64,000 nt of DNA, taken from Eledone cirrhosa. Its lineage: Eukaryota. The DNA lies in NCBI GenBank assembly GCA_964016885.1, contig OZ024746.1:84506001-84570000 (forward strand). Reading direction: 5' to 3'. A program made the translations under genes and the position numbers. Position 1 is the stretch's first letter. Every line of letters starts with the position of its first letter. A model generated the notes under the pieces. The model was given only the letters and a program-made list of their open reading frames with translations, did not search any database and was not told where the DNA came from. Of the stretch, positions 39,028 through 56,853 are shown piece after piece.

Positions 39028-39140
39028 TAAATAACTTCTAAAGGACTAGAAATGTTTCATTAGTTTGAAATCAATCGGAAAGACTTTCCTGATGATTTCA
39101 AACGAATGAAACAGTTCTAGTCATGTAGAAGTAATTTCTA
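39028..39140. mobile_element. Palindrome with hammerhead core (family B)
   Basis: The + arm reads CTGATGA(39089)-t-ttc-aaac-gaa-t-GAAAC(39108)-agttctagtc. The left arm is its imperfect reverse complement. Confidence 0.65.
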
Positions 39141-39171
39141 TATGAAATAAACAAATAAACACATTCATATT

Positions 39172-39214
<43 letters not shown>

Positions 39215-41470
39215 AGATTGCGAAAATAGATTTGCCCAGTAAGCAAAAGATGTGTTGGGCGATTCTCGTCAGTGATTTCGCTATTTCTGTCTCGCTGCTT
39301 GTGCGTGCGCGCATGCGCATGTGTGTGCGTGTGTGCATAATTAATTTCTATAATTTACACAACTTAGCTAGTTGGTTAGAAAGACAGATAGAGTTGCCTT
39401 TTAGGTCTCTCAATTTCTTGGTTACATATTGTTCTGAACTGGATCTTACTCTCTGAACAATGCTATTATGTTGTTAGGGCGACCATATTAGAGGTAAGCC
39501 CACATGAATTTGTTTTGCTCTCAAGGGACTGCTGCCATTTTTGACACTAACGCATGCATATAAACTTCGTTTCAGAAAAGTGGAGTGTATTGCAATCTTT
39601 CAAATGACAATATGATGGATATTAACATTAAATTAGAAACTCGAAACTTGAAATCATTCATACAATAATTCTCTTGTATATATTTATTTAATTATTTATT
39701 TATCAGTCTATTTATTTGTTTCATTAGTTTGTTCTGGTGTAAGGGGTTCTGACTATGGCCTTCTCAACCCTTTCAAAACCAGTGTTGCCCTTGAACAAGT
39801 TATAGAAAAACACACACACAGAAAACAACAAAAAAAACAAACAAAAAATACAAGTTATAGAAAAACACACACAACCCCCCCCCCCCCAAAAAAAACAACA
39901 CAAAAACAAAAAACAACAAAAAAAAACAACAACAACAACAAAAGCAAAACAAATAGTACTAAGAAGGAATTCCTGATGACCAACGTTTTGGGAAGGAAAA
40001 ATTTGACGTAGTGCTTAGTGCTAAGCTTAAAGAGGCGTAGAAGCAATATAAGTGAGTCGATAGAGGCTGAAAGACAAAACCATCAGATCTGAGGGTAAAA
40101 GACCCCTGCAGTTGTAACAGAAAGACAGTGAAAGAAAATTGCACGTTTGTAGGCCAGCGGCTGGAATGTTTGTTTTCGACTTAATACTAATCTGACGAGT
40201 GGCTTTTCTTTAGATACTGTTGTGTAAGTGTAGTATTAGTACTTTCTAAATTTTGGAGCAGGATTTCATTGCGTATTCCACCCCGAGCTTTGTAGAGGGT
40301 CTGTAGGTGTTATGAGATGAAGTATTTTCTGGCTCTGAAATGGAAAGTTTTTGAGATAAAATCTTTGGTATATTATTTATAGAAGTGGGGAAGAGTGGGT
40401 TAGTGAAAAAATGAGAGCGTTTGTTAAGCTGTTACAATGTAGACACTGAATTCATAACCCTTCATATGGTGTATGTAGAACTAACGTGGAATATGAAATA
40501 TGTTTAGAGCAACGAGTCCGTTAATAATGGTAGATTGATATAAAATGCTTCGTAGCATTTATTTACGCCTCCGAATGGTGGTAAATATCAAAGTTGGTTG
40601 AGTGGCGGAAGAAATATCTTGCAGAATTTAGTGACACATATTTACTTTTAAAGTTCGCCTTCCAATTAAGTACCGAGATCGATATGATCGATAGTGCCTA
40701 AATTGTGTAGGCTTAGGGGTAATAATCATTTTCCTTCTACGTTATACGTTCTGACCTCAAATTTTATCTAGTTCAAATAAGTTTAGTTCCTGATGCACTT
40801 ACTAACAGAGGACAGCATAATAGTTTATCAAACCGACACCGTTTCTACTGGTGCGCGAGGCATGTGATCCGTGATGTAGAAGAATAAAAGGGCACCAAGG
40901 ACTGAGACATGTAGGGAAATACATATAACACTGCCGAGATAGATCATATATATATATATATATATAGATAGATAGAGAGATAGAGAGAGATCAACACAGC
41001 ATCTTGAGAGGTTACCGCTCAGCTAATTTACGACCTCAATTCTGTGGGAGATGCGTGAGTCCTGATTTCACTAATTGACACGTGGATAGCACCTTACTCC
41101 AGTAAACACGACTGCTGGGAGACCCTTTCAGGAACTCACATGTCTGCTGGACGCACGAGCAGAAGGACGTGTGTTTTTTTCCAGCCGGCAGCATATCACT
41201 AAATCGGATTTCATTTGAGGATACCGTTCTCATAGCAACAACAAATGCATGAAGGACTTCTCAATTGCATGGAGAACCGTGGAAATAATTATAATGATTA
41301 AACGATTTATGTAACATCAGCATCTTTATTTTTGTTATATATATATAAGGGCGGTGCCCCAGCATGGCCTCAGCCGGATGGCTGAAACAGGTAAAAGAGT
41401 AAAAGAGTATATATATAATATATATGTAGTGAAATTGATAAGTTATGATGTCATAGGTAGAAGATGAAAT

Positions 41471-41556
41471 TGATGTTTCGGGGCTTGACCACTTGAAAGA
41501 AAATGTTTCCAGTTATTTCTTTCATCTCAGATGAAGGGTAAAACCCCGAAACTTCA
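41471..41556. repeat. Imperfect inverted repeat with degenerate hammerhead core
   Basis: tgatgtttcggggcttgacc ... cAGATGA-a-ggg-taaaac-ccc-GAAACttca. Confidence 0.5.
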
Positions 41557-41901
41557 CAAGCCTCCTCTCCTTTATAACATAATGAATTTACCCATATTTG
41601 TAAACTTCTGAATGTTAACTAGTTTATATGGAATGTTTTCTTCATGGAAGATTGATGGCTAAAAATGTAATGCTCTTACAATCTGTATGAAATATACTCT
41701 TTAATTGGGTGGTTGTCTACAAGTCGACAACTTCCTTCCGGTAATCAATTCCAGTTTAAATGGACCATGCGCTCTGTTCCCTGTTTAAGAAGCTCTGTTG
41801 TCTTGTCTTGTTAGTTTGTTGTTTCTTATATGATGACTTTATGGAATTTCAAGATATCGTCTTTCGTTGAAGTTCATTTTGTCAGTTATTATCTCATAAA
41901 C

Positions 41902-41990
41902 AACTTTGCCTTTCATCCTTACGGGGTCGATAAAATAAAGTACCAGTAATGCACTGGGTTATTGCTGGCCTTGTGCCTAAACTAGAAACA
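41902..41990 (+). mobile_element. 5'-truncated SINE
   Basis: 17-bp TSD attatctcataaacaac at 41888-41904 and 41991-42007 (the left copy overlaps the element start by microhomology). Confidence 0.85.
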
Positions 41991-42726
41991 ATTATCTCAT
42001 AAACAACATACACCCCAGAAGTATCAACGAACATGAAGTATTGTTGTGTGGTTAACAAGTTTGCTCTAATACTACGTAGTTTGGCATTTGATCCCATTAC
42101 ACAGCAGCTTCAGAAAGTGTCTTCGGATTGATCAATGTCTAGTGAGTTGGTGAGCTGATTTAATTAGACCGAAACTGTGTGGAAGACCATAATTTATATA
42201 TTTCTGGCTCGTTACATTCTAACTTCAAATCCAGCCGAAATCAACTTTACCTTTCAACCTTGCGCAGTCAATAAAAAAAAGTACCAGTCAAATACTGGAC
42301 TTGATTTAATCAACTTCGCATTTTTCCCATATTTCTGGCTCGTTACATTCTAACTTCAAATCCTGCCGAAATCAAATTTACCTTTCATCCTTCCGCAGTC
42401 AAAAAAAAAAAAAAAAAAAAAATACCAGGTAAGTACTAGACTTGATTTAATCAACTTTGTAATTTCCCACTATTTGCAAGCCTTGTAATAAATTAGAAAT
42501 CAACATTGGTACAGTTTTCTGAAAAGGGTTGAATTACTAAGTAGCAATTAAGAGATCTGTCTTTATAAGGTTTGTGTCGTGGAATACTTTTGTAAACATG
42601 CAATAACTTTGTCTTCGTCATTACTTCGGAGTTCTCGCCCTTGTGCTTTCGTTTGTCGCCTGAACTCGGAACAGTAACAGAATAAATCATCAGTTTCAAA
42701 CAAATAAATAAGCTCTATTTTATATA

Positions 42727-42784
<58 letters not shown>

Positions 42785-42786
<2 letters not shown>

Positions 42787-42988
42787 ACAAAGGAAATGTG
42801 GTAAGGAACCAGGTGGACCATAACGCACCAAAGTACTCAATACTTGGGGTAGTAGAGTGGGTAATAGGAACCAGTAAGACCCCGACGGCTGAGCTCAAGC
42901 CGTTTCGACGGCTAATTCTGGACGGCTAATTCAGTCCAGAATTAGCCGTCGAAACGGCTTGAGCTCAGCCGTCGGGGTCTTACTGGTT

Positions 42989-42993
<5 letters not shown>
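42785..42993 (-). mobile_element. Asymmetric palindromic element with hammerhead 3' half (family H), inserted in (TA)n
   Basis: 60-bp arms 42864-42923 and 42934-42993, plus an unpaired extension of about 80 nt. Contains gacggctaattc..gaattagccgtc-GAAAcggct-tgagctc-agccgTC. Confidence 0.8.
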
Positions 42994-43027
<34 letters not shown>

Positions 43028-43106
43028 ATATATGTATGTATGTATATATGTATATGTATATGTATGAGTGTATGTATATATATGTATGTATATATGTATG
43101 TGTGTG

Positions 43107-43138
<32 letters not shown>

Positions 43139-43522
43139 TGTATGTATGTATGTATGTATGTATGTATGTATATGGGAGTGAAGGATCCCTAGCCTTTGTC
43201 AGGGCATTCTTCTAGGAGAAGGTAACTCAGGAAACTGGGATAACTCCGATATAAAACCTGCGGCTCAATAGTTACCGATGACGTTGATCTTTACTTCTTT
43301 TCGGGTTATAGCTAGTCGTTCAGAGAGTGGGATTGGCTCAGTGCACAGTCTTTCCTCACTTTAAAAATATCTTCCCGCACAGGCATTGCACGATAGAATT
43401 AATTAATAATTATTAATAATGGTATATCGTGCAATGGCCATACTCGATAACGAGGGGGCAGCCATCATATATATATATATATATGCATATATATATAATT
43501 ATATATATATTATATACATATT

Positions 43523-43552
<30 letters not shown>

Positions 43553-43559
<7 letters not shown>

Positions 43560-43671
43560 ATACTTTGGGAGGGTCATGTTGCCAATAAGAAACACACGCA
43601 CCAGTTGCTTTCACTTCAATTTATTCAACACACGATTTCAGATAAAGAATCTTGCTAAACAAATTCAGAAA

Positions 43672-43674
<3 letters not shown>
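43553..43674 (+). mobile_element. 5'-inverted truncated copy of the family I element
   Basis: 43553-43625 is the reverse complement of about 61424-61497, and 43624-43674 is a direct match to 61502-61552. Confidence 0.8.
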
Positions 43675-43764
<90 letters not shown>

Positions 43765-43964
43765 GAGAGAAATATATCATACGGAAACGTTATATATATA
43801 TATAAACCAGTAGACCACCTTCAAGCCCACCGCCACCGTGTAACCACACCATCACCATCACCATCACCATCACCATACACCAGTCTCACACATATAAACT
43901 TATATATATATATATCTGATCATACACTTGGTTGAATTGTTCATTCGTAAGATCTATCTCCTTC

Positions 43965-46560
<2,596 letters not shown>

Positions 46561-47099
46561 TATACAGTGTCGGTCTTACAGTTGGTTGCCCGTCGAGGGA
46601 GCTATAATGTGCGACATCTGGTGGCCGTTTAGCCACTTATTAAATACATAATCGAGTCGACATTTTTTTTGACACCTCCATTGGGCCCTGTTAAACCAAC
46701 TGACGACAGAATGGTGTCAAGGTAGTGGTGAATGGGGTGTTGGGGCTACTGTTAGAGAAGGTGGTGAGTGGGTGGATAATATTTGGGACGGGGTATGTGG
46801 GAATGTGGAGGAATTTATTAGGTGTGGGGTTACATTTCTTTTCGTAGCTTTTTAGTAACGTAGTAATGATAGCTGGGGTGGTTGTTGTTTAACTTTAGGT
46901 CAGCCTTGATTAAAGACATTCCATTCTTGGCCATCTCACAAGTTAAGGACATCTCGGATTACATTACCTAATATACTTTGTCAAGCGATTTGAGGGTACT
47001 TTAGCTTCTATTTCTAATAGTCGAATGCCTCTAAGAAACTCATTCCTGTATGTCTTTGATGTTTAGACCTAAGTTAGTCCTGATCGAGCAGATCTTTGA

Positions 47100-47400
47100 T
47101 CAAAGGCGGTCAACCCACATATGTTATTCAGACATAGTGTACCGAAGCGTTCAACCATGATATTTACACCTCTTATTTAGACATAGTGTACAAAAGCGTT
47201 CCATGTACGACCATCACATCATATAGTCAGGCATAATTTATCAAAGCGTTCCAGTTACGACTATTCCATCTTTTATTCAGACATAGGGCATCAAGGCGTC
47301 CCGGCCATATCCACCCTACCTTTTATTCATATAGTGTATATCTAGGTGTTTCAGCCATGACCATCACATCTTTTACCCAGACATAGTATATCTAAGTCTA
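47100..47400. repeat. Degenerate tandem repeat of about 50-55 bp (about 5-6 units)
   Basis: Recurrent ttattcagacatagtgta..aagcgttcca...gaccatcacatc. Confidence 0.7.
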
Positions 47401-47800
47401 CATTCTCCTTTCATTCTAAGAAGCTATTTAGGGGAGTTTTTCTTTTTTGTCATAATTTCAAATAGGGCTGTTGGCAGAGACGCTTCCATAGGCTTTTGGG
47501 CTTTTGGTGAATGCTGTTATTGAGTGTGATGTGGTATAGGTGTTGGTACTAGTACTACTAATGGATGGTAATTGTTGTGGTAGTGGAGCAAGCTGTGCTA
47601 ATTATCGTGTTGGTGATGGAAATGTTTTTGTTGTTGATGTTGTGGTAGGTGTGATTGTGTTGGTGGTGGTGGTGATGGTGGTTGGGTTGTTGTTATGCTG
47701 GTGGTGGTGGTGATGGTGGTGTTTATTTTGTTGTTTTGCTGTTGGAGACAGTGGCGGTAGCAACGAGACTGGTTGTTGTAGATTAGTCTCAAGTCAACCA

Positions 47801-47885
47801 TAATGGAGCAGCCTATTAATGGAGCAGCCTATTAATGGAGGCAGGCTATTAATGGAGCAGCCTATTAATGGAGCAGCCTATTAAT
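47801..47885. repeat. 16-bp tandem repeat x5 (TAATGGAGCAGCCTAT)
   Basis: Direct inspection. Confidence 0.9.
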
Positions 47886-48087
47886 CAACGCCCTTCAAAC
47901 CGTGACTATCCCGTCTTTTTGTTAATAAATACATCGTGTGTTTAGGGCATTAAAGCGGTAGGGGGAGATATGAGGAGATTTTGTTGCTATTTCTAGCAGG
48001 TCAAGCGACCATATAGACGCTCCTTCATTGGCATGCAGTGGTGGTGGTTATTAATAACGGTAATAGCAGCAGTGGGAGTTATATACA

Positions 48088-48268
48088 ATAATTGTTTCTA
48101 CTTTTGCACAAGGCCAGCAATTATCCCAGTACATTACTGGTACATTATTTTATCGACCCCGTAAGGATGAAAGGCAAAGTCAACCTCGGCGGGATTTGAA
48201 CTCAGTTCGTAAAGGGACGTAACTGTGCTATAAAACATGGCGTCCGACCCCCTACCGATACTGCCAAT
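48088..48268 (-). mobile_element. tRNA-derived SINE
   Basis: Reverse complement of the family consensus. Confidence 0.85.
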
Positions 48269-48883
48269 TATATAATAATGCTGACAGTTGTGACGAGTAG
48301 TTAGATGAACAATGATGCAGTTTAAGCAGACTTTAAATCGTTATAAAAATGTTAAGGAAAAATACCATTTAATTAATTGGGGTTTTAACAAAATAAAAAA
48401 AAAAACCCCAAACAAACATTCACTGTAACACTAACAATGCTTACTTGCACGTTCTCGATCATGTATGCTGTGTGATGTAATATAAAGTTTATCTCGACCA
48501 CTTTTTGTCAAATCATTACGACATTCTCTCTGACAGAATATCTGTAAGAGGTCTGCATCTCAACCAGAGAGCACGTGACTGGACTAATACAAATTTATAA
48601 TTTAGGCACAAGGCCAGCAAATTTTTGGTGAAGGAAAAAGTTGATTAAATCAGCCCCAGTATTTGACTGGTACTTCATTTTATCGATCCAGATGGAATAA
48701 TGGGCAAAGTTGACCTTAGATAGATTTGAACTCAAAATACAAAGAGCCAGAACAAATACAGCAATGGTATTTTATCCAACACTCGGCCAATTCTGAAACC
48801 CCACACCCACCCCTTGGATCTTATAGGTATAAAGCCACATTCATGGATGATATTTGCATCAAATGATATCATTTGGAATGCAT

Positions 48884-49070
48884 GATTGGCAATATCGGTA
48901 GAGGGTCGGACGCTATGCTTTGACGCATAGATTTACGACCTTTACCATTCTGAGTTCGAATCCTGCCGAGGTTAACTTTGCCTTTCATCCTTACGGGGGT
49001 CGATAAAATAAAGTACCAGTAATGCACTGGGTAATTGCTGGCCTTGTGCCAAAAAATAGAAACAATTATT
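48884..49070 (+). mobile_element. tRNA-derived SINE (an older minus-strand copy lies at about 48600-48790)
   Basis: gattggcaatatcggtagagggtcggacg...gagttcgaatcc...agaaacaattatt. Confidence 0.85.
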
Positions 49071-49789
49071 ATACTTCTGGATATTTTAAAGAAAGTGTCT
49101 TGATTCAGTAGTTGCACCAATCAGCAGTCCCCTCAAGGGTTCTGGTGACTCAGGTAATAGTTTAAACTTAATCTTTCCATTTAAACAGCACAATCCAGTT
49201 GACTCACCATTCCATTTTTAGCACCTTAATTTGGATAAATTTTGTTCATTGAGGAAATTCGATTTTGAAATTAAAGCAGGCGTGTGGTGTTGCTTGATGT
49301 TGATTGAACGCATGGCGCTCGTTTTAGTCATACCTCCTATTATACAGGAGAGAGTGGGGAAGTTCAATACTGAAACAAACGTATGTTTGTTGCTTTAGTG
49401 TTGGCTACCACGTGGAACGTGTATCGCTCACTTTCTTCACTTTCATTATCTCTGTTTCTTTTTCTACTCATTCATTCATTGTAAACTTATTTGCCTAGTT
49501 CCATCTTTGGATTTCAGCACTTTTTAATTTAACATTTGTTGACTTTCTCTCAAATTCTCATTTCTTTAACTCTCACTATTTTCCGTCACATACCGTCGTA
49601 GTGAAGACGATCACCCACGACGACCACCGTCACACAGGTTGACAAACAAACAAATATATAGGAAACGAGTGTAAGGAAAACCTATTCCTGAGTCTAAGGA
49701 ACTGATATAGCAAGTTCGAACATGATTGATCACTGGTTTTTAAGTGCATAGGAGACAAACAGACACAAATGAGCTGTTATATATATATA

Positions 49790-49896
<107 letters not shown>

Positions 49897-49948
49897 TATA
49901 GATATATGTGGAGTGAGATATGAACACGCACGGATGTGTATTCACGTA

Positions 49949-49989
<41 letters not shown>

Positions 49990-50028
49990 ATATGTATATG
50001 TATATATATATATATGTATATATATATG

Positions 50029-50121
<93 letters not shown>

Positions 50122-50160
50122 GTATATATATATGTATATATATATATGTATATATATATG

Positions 50161-50388
<228 letters not shown>

Positions 50389-50401
50389 TATATACATACA
50401 T

Positions 50402-50434
<33 letters not shown>

Positions 50435-50509
50435 GTATGTATATATATATATATGTATGTATATATATATATACATATATATACATATATATATACATAT
50501 ATATATGTA

Positions 50510-50573
<64 letters not shown>

Positions 50574-50579
50574 TATATG

Positions 50580-50632
<53 letters not shown>

Positions 50633-50637
50633 CTATC

Positions 50638-50738
<101 letters not shown>

Positions 50739-50739
50739 G

Positions 50740-50796
<57 letters not shown>

Positions 50797-51039
50797 ATCT
50801 CTCTCTCTATATATATATATATACTTGCACAAATTACGTATTACGATGATAGTATATACTTATTGGTTTGAATAGCTGGAAGAAATAACCAATAAAAATA
50901 GGTACAATCAAAGAGCATTAGTAACGTCAGCAACCATTAGCAATTATTGAGTAACTGGTACAGAGGGGAAGGGTGTATATGTAAGTGATAGGTAGTTATA
51001 TACTACACAATACACACACCTTCCTCCCTCATACATGTG

Positions 51040-51070
<31 letters not shown>

Positions 51071-51130
51071 GTGTATATGCATATGTATATATATATGTAT
51101 ATATATATATATATGTATATATATGTGTAT

Positions 51131-51149
<19 letters not shown>

Positions 51150-51186
<37 letters not shown>

Positions 51187-51195
51187 GTGTATATG

Positions 51196-51226
<31 letters not shown>

Positions 51227-51337
51227 GTATATATATATATGTGTGTATAGGTATATATATATGTATATGTATATGTATATGTATATATATATGTATATAT
51301 ATATGTGTATATATATATAAATATATATATATATAAG

Positions 51338-51369
<32 letters not shown>

Positions 51370-51411
51370 AGTATGTATATATATATATATATGTATATGT
51401 ATATATATATG

Positions 51412-51463
<52 letters not shown>

Positions 51464-51862
51464 TACATATACGCACACACACATATATACATATATACAC
51501 ACATATATATATATATACACACACACACCTATATATATACATATATACATACATACACACACACATACACACACATATATATTTATATATATATATTAGA
51601 GAAAAAGAGATAGAGAAAGCTAGTGTGGTGTTGGTGGTAGACAGACATACTGAATAGTTGTCTGCTGCTCTTTCCATTTCGTTCACCCTCCTTACCACAA
51701 AGCAGACGATGATATTTCTGCTTCAGTCAATTACCTCTTGTTATATATTTCGCATTTTACCTAATTTTAGACTAAATCTCCTTTCAAATAATCGCTACCC
51801 GATTTTACTTCACTCTTACCTTTTTTTCTCCTTCATTTCATTCTCTTAGCTCTTTCTGTCTG

Positions 51863-51934
<72 letters not shown>

Positions 51935-52721
51935 TAAACTATATATCGTTTTCTTCTCCCTTCATTTTACCGACGTTTTTAAATTTCTTTATTTTATCAT
52001 ATATTTTTTTTTTTTATTAGTCACGGAAATTTCATTATTAAGATTCCGCTATTAATAATATATATCTTTTACACTTGGTTGATTATTTTGCATTTTAACT
52101 CGCTTATTTCAATTCCTCTTCCAAAATATCTTTGGTCTTTTAATGCTTTCGATATATCTTTATTTTTGTTGTTGTTGTTTGTTTATTTTTTTCATTTCTT
52201 GGTTCATTTGTTGGCTTCTTACGAACAACTGTAAATTAAAGTTATTATGTTCTTTATTATATCGTCTGTAAACGTTCACAGTGTGATATAAGCGGGGAGA
52301 GCGTGAGAGAGAGAGAGTAAGAGAAGAAGAGAGAGGGAGAAAGAGTGAGAGAGTGAGAGGAGAAAGAGAGAGAGAGAGAGAGAGACATACACACGCTCAC
52401 ACAATACATCTTTTTTATTCATACACAACACAGACATGCTCAAACGCAAATTCATATATCTGTACAACTATATGTATGTATGTATGTCATATATGTATGT
52501 ACTTATGTATGTATGTATGTATGCATGTATGTATGTATGTATGCATATCTACGTACGTACATATGTATATATATGTATATATATATAATATATATATATA
52601 TATATAGTACATATACATATATATATCTGTATGTATGTATGTACGTATGCATCTACGTACGTGCATATGTACATATATATACATGTATACATGTATATAT
52701 GTATGTGTGTGTATGTGTCTG

Positions 52722-52786
<65 letters not shown>

Positions 52787-53165
52787 GTACGTACGTAGAT
52801 ACATATATATACTACGTACATATATGTATTAGGCATTTTAAAGATACACGCATACATAATCACACATGCAAACACACATATATTCGACTCTGNNNNNNNN
52901 NNNNNNNNNNNNNNNNNNNNNNNNNNNNNNNNNNNNNNNNNNNNNNNNNNNNNNNNNNNNNNNNNNNNNNNNNNNNNNNNNNNNNNNNNNNNNNNNNNNN
53001 NNNNNNNNNNNNNNNNNNNNNNNNNNNNNNNNNNNNNNNNNNNNNNNNNNNNNNNNNNNNNNNNNNNNNNNNNNNNNNNNNNNNNNNNNNNNATATATAT
53101 ATATATAGTAGTATATGTATATATATATATGTATATATGTATATGTATATATATATATGTATATG

Positions 53166-53212
<47 letters not shown>

Positions 53213-53242
53213 GTATATATATATATGTGTGTATAGTATATA

Positions 53243-53283
<41 letters not shown>

Positions 53284-53436
53284 ATATATGTATATATATA
53301 TGTGTATATATATATAAATATATATATATATATAAGTATGTATATATATATATGTATATAAATATATATATATATAAGTATGTATATATATATATATATA
53401 TATATGTATATGTATATATATATATGTATATATATA

Positions 53437-53478
<42 letters not shown>

Positions 53479-53880
53479 TATATCATACGCACACACACAA
53501 TATATACATATATACACACATATATATATATATACACACACACACCTATATATATACATATATACATACATACACACACACATACACACACATATATATT
53601 TATATATATATATTAGAGAAAAAGAGATAGAGAAAGCTAGTGTGGTGTTGGTGGTAGACAGACATACTGAATAGTTGTCTGCTGCTCTTTCCATTTCGTA
53701 TCACCCTCCTTACCACAAAGCAGACGATGATATTTCTGCTTCAGTCAATTACCTCTTGTTATATATTTCGCATTTTACCTAATTTTAGACTAAATCTCCT
53801 TTCAAATAATCGCTACCCGATTTTACTTCACTCTTACCTTTTTTTCTCCTTCATTTCATTCTCTTAGCTCTTTCTGTCTG

Positions 53881-53940
<60 letters not shown>

Positions 53941-54727
53941 TAAACTATATATCGTTTTCTTCTCCCTTCATTTTACCGACGTTTTTAAATTTCTTTATTT
54001 TATCATATATTTTTTTTTTTTATTAGTCACGGAAATTTCATTATTAAGATTCCGCTATTAATAATATATATCTTTTACACTTGGTTGATTATTTTGCATT
54101 TTAACTCGCTTATTTCAATTCCTCTTCCAAAATATCTTTGGTCTTTTAATGCTTTCGATATATCTTTATTTTTGTTGTTGTTGTTTGTTTATTTTTTTCA
54201 TTTCTTGGTTCATTTGTTGGCTTCTTACGAACAACTGTAAAATTAAAGTTATTATGTTCTTTATTATATCGTCTGTAAACGTTCACAGTGTGATATAAGC
54301 GGGGAGAGCGTGAGAGAGAGAGAGTAAGAGAAGAGAGAGGGAGAAAGAGTGAGAGAGTGAGAGGGAGAAAGAGAGAGAGAGAGAGAGAGAGACATACACA
54401 CGCTCACACAATACATCTTTTTTATTCATACACAACACAGACATGCTCAAACGCAAATTCATATATCTGTACAACTATATGTATGTATGTATGTATATAT
54501 GTATGTACTTATGTATGTATGTATGTATGCATGTATGTATGTATGTATGCATATCTACGTACGTACATATGTATATATATGTATATATATATAATATATA
54601 TATATATATATAGTACATATACATATATATATCTGTATGTATGTATGTACGTATGCATCTACGTACGTGCATATGTACATATATATACATGTATACATGT
54701 ATATATGTATGTGTGTGTATGTGTCTG

Positions 54728-54792
<65 letters not shown>

Positions 54793-54898
54793 GTACGTAC
54801 GTAGATACATATATATACTACGTACATATATGTATTAGGCATTTTAAAGATACACGCATACATAATCACACATGCAAACACACATATATTCGACTCTG
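51150..54898. repeat. Near-identical direct duplication of about 1.75 kb on either side of the gap
   Basis: About 51150-52892 matches 53093-54898, and both copies end in tattcgactctg. Confidence 0.92.
52893..53092. other. Assembly gap (200 N)
   Basis: Run of N. Confidence 1.
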
Positions 54899-55703
54899 AA
54901 TCTGACATTAACACCATGTACACACACTCAAAATCCAATCACCTTCCAATCTTTATGAACCAAATTCCCCGAGAAGTAAGCTGAAGAATAATTGGGCTAT
55001 TTTCGGACGCGGCAACTTTCTCCATAGCTGCAGTGTTCTATAAGAAGCCATCCCAGAATTCCTCCAATATTTTGGGAGAAATCTTTACACTGATTCAACT
55101 ACAAACGAGCTTTCTACCCCCCCCCCCCCCCAAAAAAAAAATCAGAAACATTGTCTTGTGTAATATTTCCCTACTATTTAAAAACAAGAGGAGTAAGTGT
55201 AGAAAAAAAAAAATAACAAGCGCGTCCTTCTCTTTAACTGACAAACACAAATATAAAAACACCACGCTCCACCAATTGTTCAATAGAAACATATTAAATG
55301 TTAGCTTCAGTTGTGTCCAAACATTGCTGACACAATACACATACATGATGCAAACCACTTACTATTAGAGACTGCTTCTAAAGGAATAATGTAAAAAATC
55401 GCAGTATCTAAGTTTTTTTCCGTGTTGATGTCCAAGATTTTGCGAATAAATGACTAAATAAAAAGAATGAAAAATATAAATGTTAAGAATGTAACAGGAA
55501 GCTTTGGAACACTTTTATAGTTCTTACACACGATAAACTATCACTTTTTCTCCCCCCCTCTCTCTTTCTCTATCTATCCATCTATCTTTCTCTCTCTCCC
55601 CGCCCCCTCTCTCTCTCTCCCTCTCTCACACACGCACAGACTCTTATATATATATGTGATTATACATGTATATATATGTATAAACACGTGCACACACTTA
55701 TAT

Positions 55704-55805
55704 AAAGGGTTTCCCCCCCAAAAAATGTATACACACTTCAACAGCATTCTAATAAATGTTGCCTGTACAGGTAATCAAAGAGTGTATACTTTTTTAGGAC
55801 ACTAT
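55704..55805. mobile_element. Second copy of the Tc1/mariner MITE
   Basis: Same internal sequence as 28678-28781 (aatgtatacacacttcaacagcattctaataaat...gcctgtacaggtaatcaaa). Confidence 0.78.
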
Positions 55806-55894
55806 ATACATATATATATATATATATAAAAAGAGAGAGACAAAAAAAAAGAAAAAAAAATTTTTCTTCCTCATAATCGTCTCTTTCTCCCTGT

Positions 55895-55970
<76 letters not shown>

Positions 55971-56448
55971 ACAAACATGCGTTCATATGTACATATGATT
56001 GTATCTATATACTTTTATACCTTTACTTGTTTCATTCAGTAGACTGAGGTCATACTGGGAAACCACCTTGAATTATTCGATCATATCAACCCCAGTACTT
56101 ATTTCATCGATCTCATTTTTGCTAGGTTACACCACCAATACAAACGTAGACACCGGCGTACACACATATGGACACACACATGGGCGCACACATACATTCA
56201 CACATTCACACAAACACATATATATATATGTTTAAGGCGAATTGGAAGAGTCGTTAGAATGTGTTGTTTGTTCTAGCTCTGATTTTAAACCACGTCGAGG
56301 TCAACTCTGTCTTTCAGCCTTTCGAACTTGATATATCTCTTTATTAATTTCCTTCTCCGGAAGAAAATTGGAAATATCAAACTAAACAACACAACATAGT
56401 GCAATGAAGAAATATATTAGTTTAACACTTGATATAGTAGGAAAAGAG

Positions 56449-56484
56449 TCTATAAGTTTCGGACACTAGTCCTTCGTCAGAAGA
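56449..56484 (-). ncRNA. Hammerhead ribozyme motif (family E)
   Basis: Minus strand reads tctt-CTGACGA-a-ggac-tagt-gtcc-GAAACTTA-taga. Confidence 0.6.
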
Positions 56485-56788
56485 TAGAATGAGAAATAAA
56501 AGATGAAATAATAGATATATACGTATCTCATAGCATTAACCAAATTATATTTAGAATAAAAGTACATCTTTAAAACATTTTAAAATAAAGAAACACACAC
56601 TCACACACATGCATACACATACACACAACATACACGGAACATACACTTATACATTCACACACATATACATTCCCACATACTTTCTCCATATTTTTTAACC
56701 TTACACGCAAACGAAACTGTCTCCTTCTCTTACACTTTCACACACAAACGCATACACATATGCACGCACATATGCACGCACATATGTA

Positions 56789-56853
<65 letters not shown>

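Noticed and set aside
39972-40005. CTGATGA-ccaa-cgtt-ttgg-GAAG candidate
   Set aside because: GAAG instead of GAAA, and no convincing stem III or cleavage triplet.
40200-40460. Possible Penelope RT thumb remnant on the minus strand (PTSINNIPKILSQKLS)
   Set aside because: The similarity is too short and interrupted to support without a profile search.
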